Positions 1-11,987 of a DNA stretch of 64,000 nt are shown here, piece by piece; positions within the stretch are counted from its first letter, which is position 1; every line of letters starts with the position of its first letter. Both the position numbers and the translations under genes were made by a program. Under the pieces are notes generated by a model. It saw nothing but the letters and a program-made list of their open reading frames with translations. It was not told where the DNA came from and did not search any database. The stretch comes from an uncultured Acidobacteriota bacterium (GTDB taxonomy: Bacteria > Acidobacteriota > Thermoanaerobaculia > Gp7-AA8), in assembly GCA_963741955.1 (NCBI GenBank), contig CAVUKB010000007.1:256001-320000 (forward strand), read 5' to 3'.

Positions 1-36
1 AGAAGCGTCGCTGGTTCTGACCGCTCATTCTTCAGC

Positions 37-65
37 TTGACACTTCCATCCTCTCCGGCCAGACT
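37..65 (+). promoter_or_regulatory. sigma70-type promoter for the thiC leader
   Basis: TTGACA (37-42), 17-nt spacer, CAGACT (60-65), immediately upstream of the riboswitch. Confidence 0.6.
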
Positions 66-75
66 GCGGAACGGG

Positions 76-1619
<1,544 letters not shown>

Positions 1620-1656
1620 GCGCCGCGTGACCGGCTTTCTTCTCTCCAGACGATCG

Positions 1657-1690
1657 AACGCCGGCGGCGCGAGCCGCCGGCGTTTCCTTT
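1657..1690 (+). terminator. intrinsic terminator after thiC
   Basis: AACGCCGGCGGC-GCGA-GCCGCCGGCGTT hairpin followed by TCCTTT. Confidence 0.75.
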
Positions 1691-1693
1691 CGA

Positions 1694-1723
1694 TGCAAAC
1701 GAATCGTCGTCCGGCGGCGTCTA
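1694..1723 (+). promoter_or_regulatory. putative ECF-sigma promoter
   Basis: GCAAAC-N17-CGTCTA, same geometry as the motifs upstream of both ECF sigma genes. Confidence 0.55.
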
Positions 1724-1749
1724 TTCGGGAAAGCGAAAGGAGATGCATG

Positions 1750-2211
1750 ATGAAACGTCGTTTCCCGATTCTCGTCGCAGTCGTCTCGATTTTCTCCGTG
1801 ACCGCGCTCGCGCAGGTGGGGCCGGGGGCGCACACTCCTGCGCATGTGCAGGCCGCCGCGAACGCGCCACTCGCCCCTGAAGCGATCGTCCAGTTTCTCG
1901 ACCTGACCGCGGCCCAGCAGGCGCAGTGGGACGCGCTTCACGAGACCTTCCGAAGCGACCTCCAGCCGCTGCAGGAGCAGCGAAGGACGGTGGCGACTCA
2001 GCTGCGGGAGCTCCTGTCGCAGAGCGGTCCGGATCCGGCGGCGGTCGGAGATTTGGTGATTCAGGAGCACTCGATCGGAGAGAAGATCCGCGCTCTTCGT
2101 GAAACGCTCGACGGGAGTCTCGCTGCGCTTCTGACGCCGGAACAGAAGACGCGCTACGAAGCTCTGAAGGCCGCGATACGGCTCCTGGAGCGTCGGCCGC
2201 CGAAACGCTGA
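1750..2211 (+). CDS. Spy/CpxP-like periplasmic helical protein (chaperone or metal-sensor family)
   Basis: signal peptide MKRRFPILVAVVSIFSVTALA; LDLTAAQQAQW and LLTPEQKTRY (LTxxQ) motifs; GAAAGGAG RBS; alternative ATG at 1747. Confidence 0.8.
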   Translation: MKRRFPILVAVVSIFSVTALAQVGPGAHTPAHVQAAANAPLAPEAIVQFLDLTAAQQAQWDALHETFRSDLQPLQEQRRTVATQLRELLSQSGPDPAAVGDLVIQEHSIGEKIRALRETLDGSLAALLTPEQKTRYEALKAAIRLLERRPPKR

Positions 2212-2230
2212 ATCACGTGATCTCGACGCG

Positions 2231-2260
2231 ACGCCGCCGGATCTCTCCGGCGGCGTTCTC
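2231..2260 (+). terminator. GC hairpin, probable terminator
   Basis: ACGCCGCCGGA-TCTC-TCCGGCGGCGT, with only a weak T tail. Confidence 0.5.
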
Positions 2261-2327
2261 GTGATGACTCAAGTCTCGAGACTCGAGGGGGAGGACGACC
2301 CCACCCCGATATCAGCACGATTCAACC

Positions 2328-2419
2328 GCCCCTACGGGGCTGTCGAAGGAGCCTGGCCTGTCGGCCTGCAATCCCAGGACTGCGTCCTGGGCTATTGTCG
2401 AACGGCCCCTACGGGGCTG
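2328..2419. repeat. REP-like palindrome cluster
   Basis: GCCCCTACGGGGC at 2328 and 2405 flanking the palindrome CCCAGGAC-TGC-GTCCTGGG (2373-2391). Confidence 0.65.
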
Positions 2420-2436
2420 TCCCTAATCCGGGCTAG

Positions 2437-2595
2437 GAGTCTGCGCGGTAGAAACTGTCCTACTGCGAAAGCGGATCAACGGTCCAAATCCGCCCGGATT
2501 TTCGGCGAGTAGCCACCGCTACGCACCTCGAATCCGAACGAATTTGGCCTCGTTGCTCCGCTTTCTCGCTACGGACGTTTCTATCGCGCAGACTC
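2437..2595 (+). mobile_element. 159-bp MITE-like element, copy 1
   Basis: 19-bp terminal inverted repeats GAGTCTGCGCGGTAGAAAC / GTTTCTATCGCGCAGACTC, flanked by CTAG on both sides; same-length inverted copy at 28477-28635. Confidence 0.8.
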
Positions 2596-2615
2596 CTAGG
2601 CGGGGCTAGGCGGGG

Positions 2616-3722
<1,107 letters not shown>

Positions 3723-3859
3723 GGGTTCTCCGGGTTCCTGCCGCCGGCGGACGCGTCGAAGGCGTCGCGCGGACGAAGTCCGAGATTGTAACGGACCAGG
3801 CGCCATCTGGCGAATGCCGGACGCGTGCCGGGGACGGGACCGCGGTGCGGAACCCCTCC

Positions 3860-4873
3860 TCAGGAGACGGCCGAGCGGGTCGGCTGGAGGTGCTGGGCCT
3901 CCCACGCATCGACTTCGCCGGAGAAGTAGACGATGTGGCTGCGCTTGTACTCCTTGGTCGGGAAGAGTACCTGCATCGAAGCGATGCCGATCTCCTCGGA
4001 GATCTCGTTGAGGACCGACTCGCATTCGTCGACGCTGCGTCCGTGGACCGTGGTGAAGATGTTGTAGGGCCAGTCTTCGTAGACCGGACGGAGATAGCAT
4101 TGGGAGACCGACGGACGGTCGGCCATTTTCGGGACGAGATCGTCGATACGATCTTCGGGTATTCTCCAGACGCCCATGGCGGTCGCGGAGAACGGTTTTC
4201 TGAGCTGTACGGAGGCCGCGAAACGCCGGATCTGCTGAGTTTCGAGGAGGCGGCGGGCGAACTCGAGGATCTCATCGGACGAAAAAGCGCCCTGCCGTGC
4301 CCATGCTTCGAACGGCCGGGGCTGAAGAGGCAGATCAGTCTGAAGCAGCCGGACCAGTTCGAGGTCGCGCGCACTCAACGAAGCCGGCTCGGCGGATGCC
4401 GACTCGAACGAATCGGAGGAATCCGCCCCGGGATTCTTGAAGGTTCGGATGGTTGGAAGGAGGCGGACCACATCGCATCCGGATTCATCGCCGAGGATCT
4501 CGATGGTCTTCTCGAGGCCGATTCTCGAATTCGGCGGCACGGCGATGGTGAACCACATGTTGAACTCGTGGTTGCGCCGGTAGTTCTGGTAAACGCCCGG
4601 ATGGAGATTCACCAGAGACGCGGCTCTCTCGAGTGCATCGGGCTCCACTCGGGCTGCGACGAGGCAGGACCGATATCCGAGTCCTCTCCCGTCGAAAACG
4701 GCGGAAATCTGGCCAATCGTCCCGTCCCGCTTGAGCCTCTCGCAGCGCTTGATCACTTCCTTCTCGGACATGTCGATGTCCTGTCCGATCAGGGCGTACG
4801 GAGTGGAAACGAGGGGAAGTCCCGATTGCAGAGTGCTGAGCAGCTCCCGGTCCCGCTGATCGAGTTCCTGCAT
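3860..4873 (-). CDS. fused AhbA/AhbB (NirDL)-like Lrp/AsnC-fold protein, siroheme decarboxylase homolog with His motifs altered
   Basis: two HTH+RAM modules; LQSGLPLVSTPY, NYRRNHEFNMWFT, LQTDLPLQPRPF, CYLRPVYEDWPYNIFTTVHGRS. Confidence 0.8.
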   Translation of the reverse strand: MQELDQRDRELLSTLQSGLPLVSTPYALIGQDIDMSEKEVIKRCERLKRDGTIGQISAVFDGRGLGYRSCLVAARVEPDALERAASLVNLHPGVYQNYRRNHEFNMWFTIAVPPNSRIGLEKTIEILGDESGCDVVRLLPTIRTFKNPGADSSDSFESASAEPASLSARDLELVRLLQTDLPLQPRPFEAWARQGAFSSDEILEFARRLLETQQIRRFAASVQLRKPFSATAMGVWRIPEDRIDDLVPKMADRPSVSQCYLRPVYEDWPYNIFTTVHGRSVDECESVLNEISEEIGIASMQVLFPTKEYKRSHIVYFSGEVDAWEAQHLQPTRSAVS

Positions 4874-4919
4874 TACTGATCCTCGTCGAGTTTGCGGATG
4901 AGTGTTGTGATGTTTCGGG

Positions 4920-4949
4920 ATTGTATCGTGTTCGCTGGATGCCGTTCAA
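4920..4949 (-). promoter_or_regulatory. sigma70-type promoter upstream of the ahbAB-like gene
   Basis: minus strand TTGAAC-N18-TACAAT in an AT-richer intergenic stretch. Confidence 0.45.
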
Positions 4950-5000
4950 AATTTCTGCCCGGTCGAGACTGGCGCATCCTGCCGGCCATCATTCGGCGCT

Positions 5001-5378
5001 CTACCGACGGTCGATGCGAGGGAGCGGAGCGGGCCGATCCGGTGACACGGCGGCCGGGTCGGGATCGAATCGATCACGGAGCGCTGCGGCGGATTCGCGG
5101 AGGGCCTGGAGATCGATCCCTTCCTCCAGTGACGGAAAGAGATCGAGGCGGGCGAGTGACGCGTCGAGCAGCCGCTGCGCTCCGCGAAGGTTCCCCCGCA
5201 GGACGTGGTGACACGCTGCGGCAAGCTGGATGAGACCCTGAAGGAACTCGCGTCGAGGACCTTCCGCGACGAGCCAGAGGCGCTCCCACGCTTCGTGCGC
5301 GTGCCAGTAGCGGCCGCTGTTGAAGAGTTCGATGCCGAGCAGAAAATCGGGGTCGTCCCGGATGCCCGATCTGTTCAC
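5001..5378 (-). CDS. DUF309 family protein
   Basis: GIELFNSGRYWHAHEAWERLW and LQGLIQLAAACHH motifs; GTGA overlap with icd stop. Confidence 0.9.
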   Translation of the reverse strand: MNRSGIRDDPDFLLGIELFNSGRYWHAHEAWERLWLVAEGPRREFLQGLIQLAAACHHVLRGNLRGAQRLLDASLARLDLFPSLEEGIDLQALRESAAALRDRFDPDPAAVSPDRPAPLPRIDRR

Positions 5379-6388
5379 GCCGTGACGCGCTGAAGTTCAC
5401 CGCAGATGGCATCGGTGAACTCGGTCGTGGTCGCTTTTCCGCCGAGGTCGGCGGTCCGCACTTCTGCGCGTCCGAGAACCGTCTCCAGAGCCTGAAAGAC
5501 GCGATCCGCCGCGTCGCCTTCGCCGATGTAGCGCAGCATCAGAATGGCCGACTGAAGCAACGCGGTCGGATTCGCCTTGTTCTGTCCGGCGATATCCGGT
5601 GCGCTGCCGTGCACTGCTTCGAACACCGCTGCGTCGTCTCCGATGTTCGCACCGGCGACCACGCCGAGTCCGCCCACCAGTCCCGCTCCGAGATCCGACA
5701 CGATGTCTCCGTAGAGGTTCTCCAGCAGCAGCACGTCGAACTGCCACGGATTCATCACCAGCTGCATGCAGAGATTGTCCACGATCTTGTCGTCCGCCTT
5801 GATCTCCGGATACTCGAGTGCGATGTTCCGGAAGCAACGGAGGAAGAGTCCGTCGGACATCTTCATGATGTTCGCCTTGTGAACGGCGGTGACTTTCTTC
5901 CGTCCGTTCGCGCGGGCGTATTCGAATGCGAACCGTGCAATGCGGGTCGAGGCGCGCTCGGTGATGATCTTCAGCGATTCGACCACTCCGGGAACGACTT
6001 CGTGTTCCAGCCCGGCGTAGAGTGATTCCGTATTCTCCCGCACGATCACCAGGTCGATCTCGTCGAAGCGGCTCTTCACTCCGGGAAGCGATTTGACCGG
6101 GCGGAGATTCGCATTCAGGTCGAGCGCCTTCCGAAGGCGGACGTTCACGGAACTGAAGCCGGTGCCGATCGGCGTCGTCACCGGTCCCTTCAGAGCGACA
6201 CGGTTGGTGCGGATCGACTCGAGGACTTCCTTGGGAAGGGGATCTCCGAAGGTGGCGATCGCGTCGGCACCGATGATGAACTCGTCCCACTCGACTTCCA
6301 CGCCGGCCGCTTCGATGATCCGAATCACGGAGCCGGTCACCTCCGGACCGATTCCGTCGCCGGGGAGGAGCGTGATCTTGTGTTTCAA
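5375..6388 (-). CDS. icd: isocitrate/isopropylmalate dehydrogenase family, probably NAD-dependent isocitrate dehydrogenase
   Basis: LPGDGIGPEV, SVNVRLRK, VRENTE, VHKANIMK, NLYGDIVSD, EAVHGSAPDIAG; TTG start with GAAGGGAG RBS. Confidence 0.88.
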   Translation of the reverse strand: MKHKITLLPGDGIGPEVTGSVIRIIEAAGVEVEWDEFIIGADAIATFGDPLPKEVLESIRTNRVALKGPVTTPIGTGFSSVNVRLRKALDLNANLRPVKSLPGVKSRFDEIDLVIVRENTESLYAGLEHEVVPGVVESLKIITERASTRIARFAFEYARANGRKKVTAVHKANIMKMSDGLFLRCFRNIALEYPEIKADDKIVDNLCMQLVMNPWQFDVLLLENLYGDIVSDLGAGLVGGLGVVAGANIGDDAAVFEAVHGSAPDIAGQNKANPTALLQSAILMLRYIGEGDAADRVFQALETVLGRAEVRTADLGGKATTTEFTDAICGELQRVTA

Positions 6389-6445
6389 GGAGAACTCCCT
6401 TCTGTTCGTCGCCTCTGCCGTTGCGGCACCTGCGCGGCTTCCCCG

Positions 6446-7429
6446 TTACGGGAGTGCGTGCCGTTCCGCGCTAATCTGAAAGTCCATCGGAAAAATTTCC
6501 AGAACGTCTTCATAACGGCCGAGCTCTCCGACGCAGAGGCGGATGCTCTCGAGGGTCGGAGGGATGTAGGCGAGATAGTGTCGCCGGCCGGATTCGAGCG
6601 CCTGCCGGGCGAAGGTGCCGAGAATCTTGATGGAACGCTGCAGCAGCGATTCGTAATAGCGTTTCTCCATCGATGGGCCGCCTCCGGCCGCGGCCACGTA
6701 GCGATGGAGAAGCTCCAGCTCCGTCTCGCGACCCAGGATGTCCGCGACTCCGCGGTCACGAAGGAGCGAAGCGAGGTCGTACGTATCGGGACCCATTCTC
6801 AAGTCCTGATAATCGATCACATATACATCACCGTCGAAGACATGCAAATTATGTCCATGATAATCACGATGACAAAGTATGTATGGATGATCGAGGAGAT
6901 TTGCGATCAGAGTCTCGAAGATCTCGCGCACTCTCCGGTCGCCCTCCGGGGTCGCCGCGTCCATCAGGTGTCCGATGTAGTACTCCCGGGCCATCTCCAG
7001 CTCCTGGAGAAACTTCGTCCGGTCGAACGGCGGGTTGACGATGCCGGCTTCGGGACCGGCGCCGCGGAGCGGGACCAGAAGGTCGACCGCTTCGCGGTAG
7101 AAGGGGAGCGCACGATTGCGGTCGGTCCTCAGAAGCTCACCGAGAGAGTCGTCGCCGACGTCCTTCTGGATTACGGCGAACTCGCCCCGTTGGATCAGGG
7201 GAGGAACGCGGGTGTGGCCGGAGATCGCGTCATAGGCGGCGAGAAACCGCTTCAGATCCGGCCGTATCACCGGCGGGTAATAGGCAGCCACCACATGATC
7301 CCCGTCTGCTTCCCGCACCCGGTAGTACGCGCGGATCGAGGCATCGCCGGTGAGCCGCTCGGCCTCCCACCCCTCGCCGAGGGCATCGGTGAGGAAAAGG
7401 GAGAGCTCGTCAGGGACTCGGCTGTTCAT
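6446..7429 (-). CDS. aminoglycoside phosphotransferase-family sugar kinase (AmgK-like)
   Basis: LTGDASIRAYYRV, CHRDYHGHNL, VIDYQDLRMGPDTYDLASLL, QRSIKILGTF. Confidence 0.85.
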   Translation of the reverse strand: MNSRVPDELSLFLTDALGEGWEAERLTGDASIRAYYRVREADGDHVVAAYYPPVIRPDLKRFLAAYDAISGHTRVPPLIQRGEFAVIQKDVGDDSLGELLRTDRNRALPFYREAVDLLVPLRGAGPEAGIVNPPFDRTKFLQELEMAREYYIGHLMDAATPEGDRRVREIFETLIANLLDHPYILCHRDYHGHNLHVFDGDVYVIDYQDLRMGPDTYDLASLLRDRGVADILGRETELELLHRYVAAAGGGPSMEKRYYESLLQRSIKILGTFARQALESGRRHYLAYIPPTLESIRLCVGELGRYEDVLEIFPMDFQISAERHALP

Positions 7430-7574
7430 CCATCACCTGCTTGTGCGAATTACGAACCAGGGGCGACGGCGCCGGCCGTCCGGAGACGATTCGAAGGGAG
7501 GCCGAAGCCCATACGCACCAACGCTTACCTTTCTCGTGAGTGCACAGCCCTGCGAATCGGGTCGGCAACGACGA

Positions 7575-7661
7575 TTGCAGAATGCAAAATGCAGAATTGA
7601 GAGCTGAGAAGCGACCCCAGCCCTTCTTCATTCTGAATTCTGAACTCTGCATTCTGTATTC
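7575..7661. repeat. two inverted arrays of degenerate 7-bp repeats
   Basis: ATGCAGA-like units at 7575-7609 and TCTGCAT-like units at 7625-7661, complementary to each other. Confidence 0.7.
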
Positions 7662-7797
7662 GTCGGGCGAGGGCTTCATTTCGCTCCTCAAACTTTGTGC
7701 GCATGAGGCCGACGCCCCCTCCTGGCCCGGACTACTCACGGGACTTCTGCTGCGAGCGCGATCCGCGCCTGTCGGGGGCGTCAGACTCCTGGTGAGC

Positions 7798-8535
7798 TTA
7801 CTTCGGAAGCGGTCCTTTCTCGGACTCGGTCGCCGGACGGACGGTGACGCTGGTGATGGTCACCGGCTCGAGCGCCATTTCGTTGCGCGCCGGTCCGCTG
7901 ACGATCTTGTCGGCCACGTCCATTCCGCTGGTCACCTCTCCGAATGCGGTGTACTTGTGGTCGAGGAAGCGCGCGTCTGCAACACAGATGAAGAACTGCG
8001 ACGACGCGCTGTCGGGATTGCTGGAGCGCGCCATGGAGACGATTCCGCGGCGATGGGGAATGTCGTTGAACTCGGCTTTGACGTTCTTTCCCGAGCCTCC
8101 GGTACCCCACGCGCTCCGATCGTTGGATACGGTATTCGGATCACCGCCCTGGATCATGAAGCCCGGTACGATGCGGTGGAACTTGGTCGCGTTGTAGAAG
8201 CCTCTCTCGGAGAGGTCGATGAAGTTCCGGACGTGGTTCGGGGCAACCTGGGGGAAGAAGCGGATGGTGATGTCTCCGTCGGTGGTGTGGAGCACGGCCA
8301 CCTTGTCTTCGTAATAAGAGAGTGGTTTTTCCACTGGCTTGTTCTCCTTCTTCTCCGCCGTCGCGGGTGTTGCGACGTCGGTGGGGTTCGATGCGGTCGC
8401 TTCGCTGGCGGTCGGTTCGGTCAACGTAGCCGTGCCGGATGAATTTTCATCGGCGGCAGCCTCCTGGTTCGCGGGAGCTCCGCACGCGAGGACGGCAACC
8501 AGGGCGGTCATCGCGAACATGGTTCTGACGATCAT
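7798..8535 (-). CDS. cyclophilin-type peptidyl-prolyl isomerase, lipoprotein
   Basis: lipobox VLAC; APNHVRNF, FHRIVPGFMIQGGDP, SMAR, SASSQFFI; GGAGG RBS. Confidence 0.93.
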   Translation of the reverse strand: MIVRTMFAMTALVAVLACGAPANQEAAADENSSGTATLTEPTASEATASNPTDVATPATAEKKENKPVEKPLSYYEDKVAVLHTTDGDITIRFFPQVAPNHVRNFIDLSERGFYNATKFHRIVPGFMIQGGDPNTVSNDRSAWGTGGSGKNVKAEFNDIPHRRGIVSMARSSNPDSASSQFFICVADARFLDHKYTAFGEVTSGMDVADKIVSGPARNEMALEPVTITSVTVRPATESEKGPLPK

Positions 8536-8687
8536 TGATCTCCTCCATTCTGCATTGTACGTGAGAGCCTGCGGTCGACGGGCGGCGGGAGCTCCGGAAT
8601 GAAGCGGAACCGGCCGGGACGGTGGCGAGTGAGATATCTCGCAGTCCGGCGTCCGCGTCAAGTGCCTTGTTCGGGATTATCGGGATC

Positions 8688-10295
8688 TCAGTGGACGCGG
8701 ATCTGGATATTTCCTTCAACGGTGTGGAGCTCGAGCTTCTGCCCTCCGCCATTGAGCTTGCCGGTCGCGCGGATCCGGGTCTTCCCGCCTTCGAGCTGCT
8801 CGCGAAGGATGGCCAGACCGGGGATGTCCGATTGGATCCGGTTGACCCCTTCTGCCGAGCTGATGATCTCAGCCTCGACATCCGCCGAAAAGTTGCGGGG
8901 GACGGTGAGAACGATGTTCCCTCCGGTGACGGTGGCGTCGATCTCCTGCATCGGGTCCGCCGGATCGACGGCGATCAGGATGTCGCCGGATCGCGTTTCG
9001 GCCTTGATCCGGCTCGAAGCCCGCTGAACTGTGATGTCGCCGCCGCCCGAGCTGAGCACCATCGAGCCGCCCGCGAAGCCGATATTGATGTTGCCACCGC
9101 GGGTTGAGGCGGTGCCGCCCTTTTCTGCCGAACGGATCAGCACGTCGCCTGCGAAGGTGCTGGCATGGAGAAGTCCTTTGATGTTCCCGAGGTTGATCGG
9201 TCCTCCGAGCGACAGAACGTCGCAGCGGCCGGTCACTCGGCCGAGGACGATCTCACCGGCGCGGGTGTTGATGCGCGCATCGCCGTGAACTTCGCCGATG
9301 AAGACGTTACCCACGGTCGTGGTGAGATCGAGATCGCCGTCGAAGCTGTCCCTCTGAGCGATGTACGATCGCGCCGTCGGCGGTTGAATCAGGAGGGTTC
9401 TCTCGACTTGCTGAAAAACCGGAAGGAGGTCCTGGCGGACCGGTGCCGGGGCCATCATTGCGATCGACTGCTGAGGAGGCTGAGGAGGGGTGATCTCCGA
9501 GGCCTGTTCGATCGGAGCACCGTTACGGAGAAGCCAGACCGAGCCCATCATCGCACTGGTGGTGAGGAGCGGGCCTCCGCTGCCGTTCACCCGCGTGCGG
9601 TAGATCTTCGAGCCGCTCGACGGATCGAACCGGCCGTTGGTTTTGAACGTGGTGAAAATCTCTCCGCGGAGGGTTTCTGCGCCCCAGTCGAATCGCGAGG
9701 CTTCGGGAAGCCGTACTTCGATCCGGCCATTTACGGTGCTCAGAGAGACTCTCGACTGAGGAGGATGCGCAAACGTCGCATAGATGTTCGCATTCCCACC
9801 TTCGACCGTCGCCGGTCCACGGACGTTGTCGAGATCGATCCTTCCATTGACGTTCCGGACGTAGAGCTCCCCGTTCAGATTCTGCACGAGAAGCCGGTCG
9901 CTGCGAAACGTCACCACCCGCACGGCCGCATTGCGGGGAACGCGGATGGTATAGCTGACCGAACTGCTCCAGCGGCCATCCGGGTCGGCGCTCGAACCGA
10001 GGGTCCGGATGGAGAGATTGTGCTCATCCCCTTCGTAGTGGATCGCCACGTGCGAGGCGGCCTCGCGCATCGTCGCCTGATCCGGAGCCGAATAGATCTT
10101 CACCGCCTGAACGGTGACCTGGGCGTCATCGGTCCCGGCGATGACGATGCGTCCCTGCCGGTTGTCGAGCATGAACACGCCGTCGCGATCGAACGGGAAG
10201 GTCTTGGAAAACGTCTCGGTGTAGCTCTTCGCCTCCGCAGCCGACGCGGCGAACAGCAGAGCAAAGGCGAGAGTTCCGAGAAAGAGGCGACGCAT
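8688..10295 (-). CDS. secreted DUF4097 (adhesin-like beta-strand repeat) protein with two repeat regions
   Basis: signal peptide; repeated xxNGxI/xxGGxI strands; NGGGQKLELHTVEGNIQI C-terminus; third gene of the ECF operon. Confidence 0.8.
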   Translation of the reverse strand: MRRLFLGTLAFALLFAASAAEAKSYTETFSKTFPFDRDGVFMLDNRQGRIVIAGTDDAQVTVQAVKIYSAPDQATMREAASHVAIHYEGDEHNLSIRTLGSSADPDGRWSSSVSYTIRVPRNAAVRVVTFRSDRLLVQNLNGELYVRNVNGRIDLDNVRGPATVEGGNANIYATFAHPPQSRVSLSTVNGRIEVRLPEASRFDWGAETLRGEIFTTFKTNGRFDPSSGSKIYRTRVNGSGGPLLTTSAMMGSVWLLRNGAPIEQASEITPPQPPQQSIAMMAPAPVRQDLLPVFQQVERTLLIQPPTARSYIAQRDSFDGDLDLTTTVGNVFIGEVHGDARINTRAGEIVLGRVTGRCDVLSLGGPINLGNIKGLLHASTFAGDVLIRSAEKGGTASTRGGNINIGFAGGSMVLSSGGGDITVQRASSRIKAETRSGDILIAVDPADPMQEIDATVTGGNIVLTVPRNFSADVEAEIISSAEGVNRIQSDIPGLAILREQLEGGKTRIRATGKLNGGGQKLELHTVEGNIQIRVH

Positions 10296-10310
10296 ACGGT
10301 CTGGGTATCC

Positions 10311-11312
10311 TCAGAGATTGATCTGACTGAGAGCTTCCGCGGCCTTCACTCGGACGTAGAGGTTCTCGTCGTTCTGCGCCGCCTTCTGCCGGAGAGTATC
10401 GACGGCGGCGTTGTCGAGAGTTCCTCCCTCGCGGGCGAAGTTCGCCAGCGCTTCGACGGCTTTGATGCGGACGGCCGGGTTCGGGTCGTTCTTCAGTGCC
10501 TGGATCAGCGCGTCACGCGCGTCGGGAGCCAGGGGTGAAGGCATCGATTTGAGCGCCTCGACCGCCTTGAGCCGGACTCCCTCATGCGAGTCGCTGGTCA
10601 GGACGTTCGCCAGTGCGCTGACCAGCTCCGGATCGGTCCGGCCGCTCTGCTGAGAGGTCTCCCTCACCCACTGGATCGCGTTCGAGCGCGCGTGATAATC
10701 GCGGTTCTGCAGTACGTAAGAGAGGAGGTTCACCAGGCTCTTGTCGTCGGGGCGACCATTGACCGTGACGTGCGAAGTCACGTCGAAAGAGACGCTCACA
10801 TTCCCGGTGCTGTTGTTCTGGTCGAACTTGATGTTCTGGATGTCCGGTCGTCCCTGGATGTCCGGTCGGAGCTGGCTGGACGGAATCACGACGTTGTCCG
10901 CGAGGTCGAACTGATGCGAGGCGACGGCGGGTGCGAGGTGCGAAGGCGTCGCTTCCGGCGTCCGGATCTGATGTCCGGCGAAGAACGATCCGCCGACCAG
11001 GACGACTACCGCGGCGGCTTCCGCCATGCGGCGGAACACGCGCCGGCTTCGGAAGGGAACCACGACATGGTCCTCGCGCACCGTCGGGGCGATCCGCTCG
11101 ACCTCGGCGAGAAACCGCTCGCGAGCTCGGGGTGGCACCGGCACGTCGGGAACGTCGCCGAGCGAGTTCCAGGTCTGCCGGAGCAGCGTCCACTCGGCTC
11201 CGCAGGCGGAACAGCTCTCGATGTGCCTGTGGGTCTGTTCTCTCGAATCAGAATCGAGCGCCTCCACGAGGAGCTCGGCCATTCTTTCTCTCGTCAGATC
11301 ACATCCCTGCAT
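10311..11312 (-). CDS. zinc-finger anti-sigma factor with TM helix and periplasmic HEAT repeats
   Basis: HIESCSAC (HxxxCxxC), TM AAAVVVLVGGSFFAG, HEAT repeats (VRLKAVEAL, VRIKAVEAL, VRVKAAEAL). Confidence 0.88.
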   Translation of the reverse strand: MQGCDLTRERMAELLVEALDSDSREQTHRHIESCSACGAEWTLLRQTWNSLGDVPDVPVPPRARERFLAEVERIAPTVREDHVVVPFRSRRVFRRMAEAAAVVVLVGGSFFAGHQIRTPEATPSHLAPAVASHQFDLADNVVIPSSQLRPDIQGRPDIQNIKFDQNNSTGNVSVSFDVTSHVTVNGRPDDKSLVNLLSYVLQNRDYHARSNAIQWVRETSQQSGRTDPELVSALANVLTSDSHEGVRLKAVEALKSMPSPLAPDARDALIQALKNDPNPAVRIKAVEALANFAREGGTLDNAAVDTLRQKAAQNDENLYVRVKAAEALSQINL

Positions 11313-11877
11313 TGGCGACCTCCGTCCGGTCCGTGCCGCTGGTCAGAACCTTCTTCAGGGTCTCCATGGCACGGAACACGCGCGTCTTGACCGCTCCCTC
11401 CGAACAACCGGCGATCTCGGCGATCTCTGCATATGAAAGTCCCTGATAGCGCGACAGAAGGATGGCTTCCCGCTGTTCGGGCGTGAGATGTTCCAATGCA
11501 GTTCGGACTCGGCGCTCGTTCTCCATCTGCTCGAAGCGCCGATCGGGGGCGTTGTCGTCAGGACCGGCGATCATGACCAGCGTCTCGTCGCTGTCCTTCG
11601 CCTTGTTGTCGGCCTTCCTCAAATGATCCCGGCAAAGGTTCGCCGTGATCGAAAAGAGCCAGGTCGACAACTTCGCGTCCCCATGAAACTGTTTTGCATG
11701 CTTGAGCATCTTCACGAATACTTCCTGCGTCGCGTCTTCTGCAGCTTCGCTGCTCTTCAGAAAGCGATACGCGAAGTTGTAGATCCGGGTGCTGTAGCGG
11801 TCGAATATCTCTGCAGCCGGAGAGAAGTCCCCCGCCTGAACGAGCTTCATCAGATCCTGATCGCTCAGGTGCTTCAT
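11299..11877 (-). CDS. ECF RNA polymerase sigma-70 factor
   Basis: AEDATQEVF, STWLFSITANLCRDHLR, LSYAEIAEI, GAVKTRVFRA; start at MKHL because the upstream ATG (11910) lies inside the predicted promoter. Confidence 0.93.
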   Translation of the reverse strand: MKHLSDQDLMKLVQAGDFSPAAEIFDRYSTRIYNFAYRFLKSSEAAEDATQEVFVKMLKHAKQFHGDAKLSTWLFSITANLCRDHLRKADNKAKDSDETLVMIAGPDDNAPDRRFEQMENERRVRTALEHLTPEQREAILLSRYQGLSYAEIAEIAGCSEGAVKTRVFRAMETLKKVLTSGTDRTEVANAGM

Positions 11878-11897
11878 CTCCGACTGTTCTCTCCCTT

Positions 11898-11926
11898 TCG
11901 ACGGCTGCATGAAAAAAAAGGTTTCG
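11898..11926 (-). promoter_or_regulatory. ECF-type (probably autoregulatory) promoter
   Basis: minus strand GAAAC-CTTTTTTTTCATGCAGC-CGTCGA, matching the AAC...CGT ECF consensus. Confidence 0.7.
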
Positions 11927-11987
11927 ACGTGCTGGACGTGGTCCGGACGGTGACGCGAACCCTCTCGGCGGACACTGCCGGAGGGAC

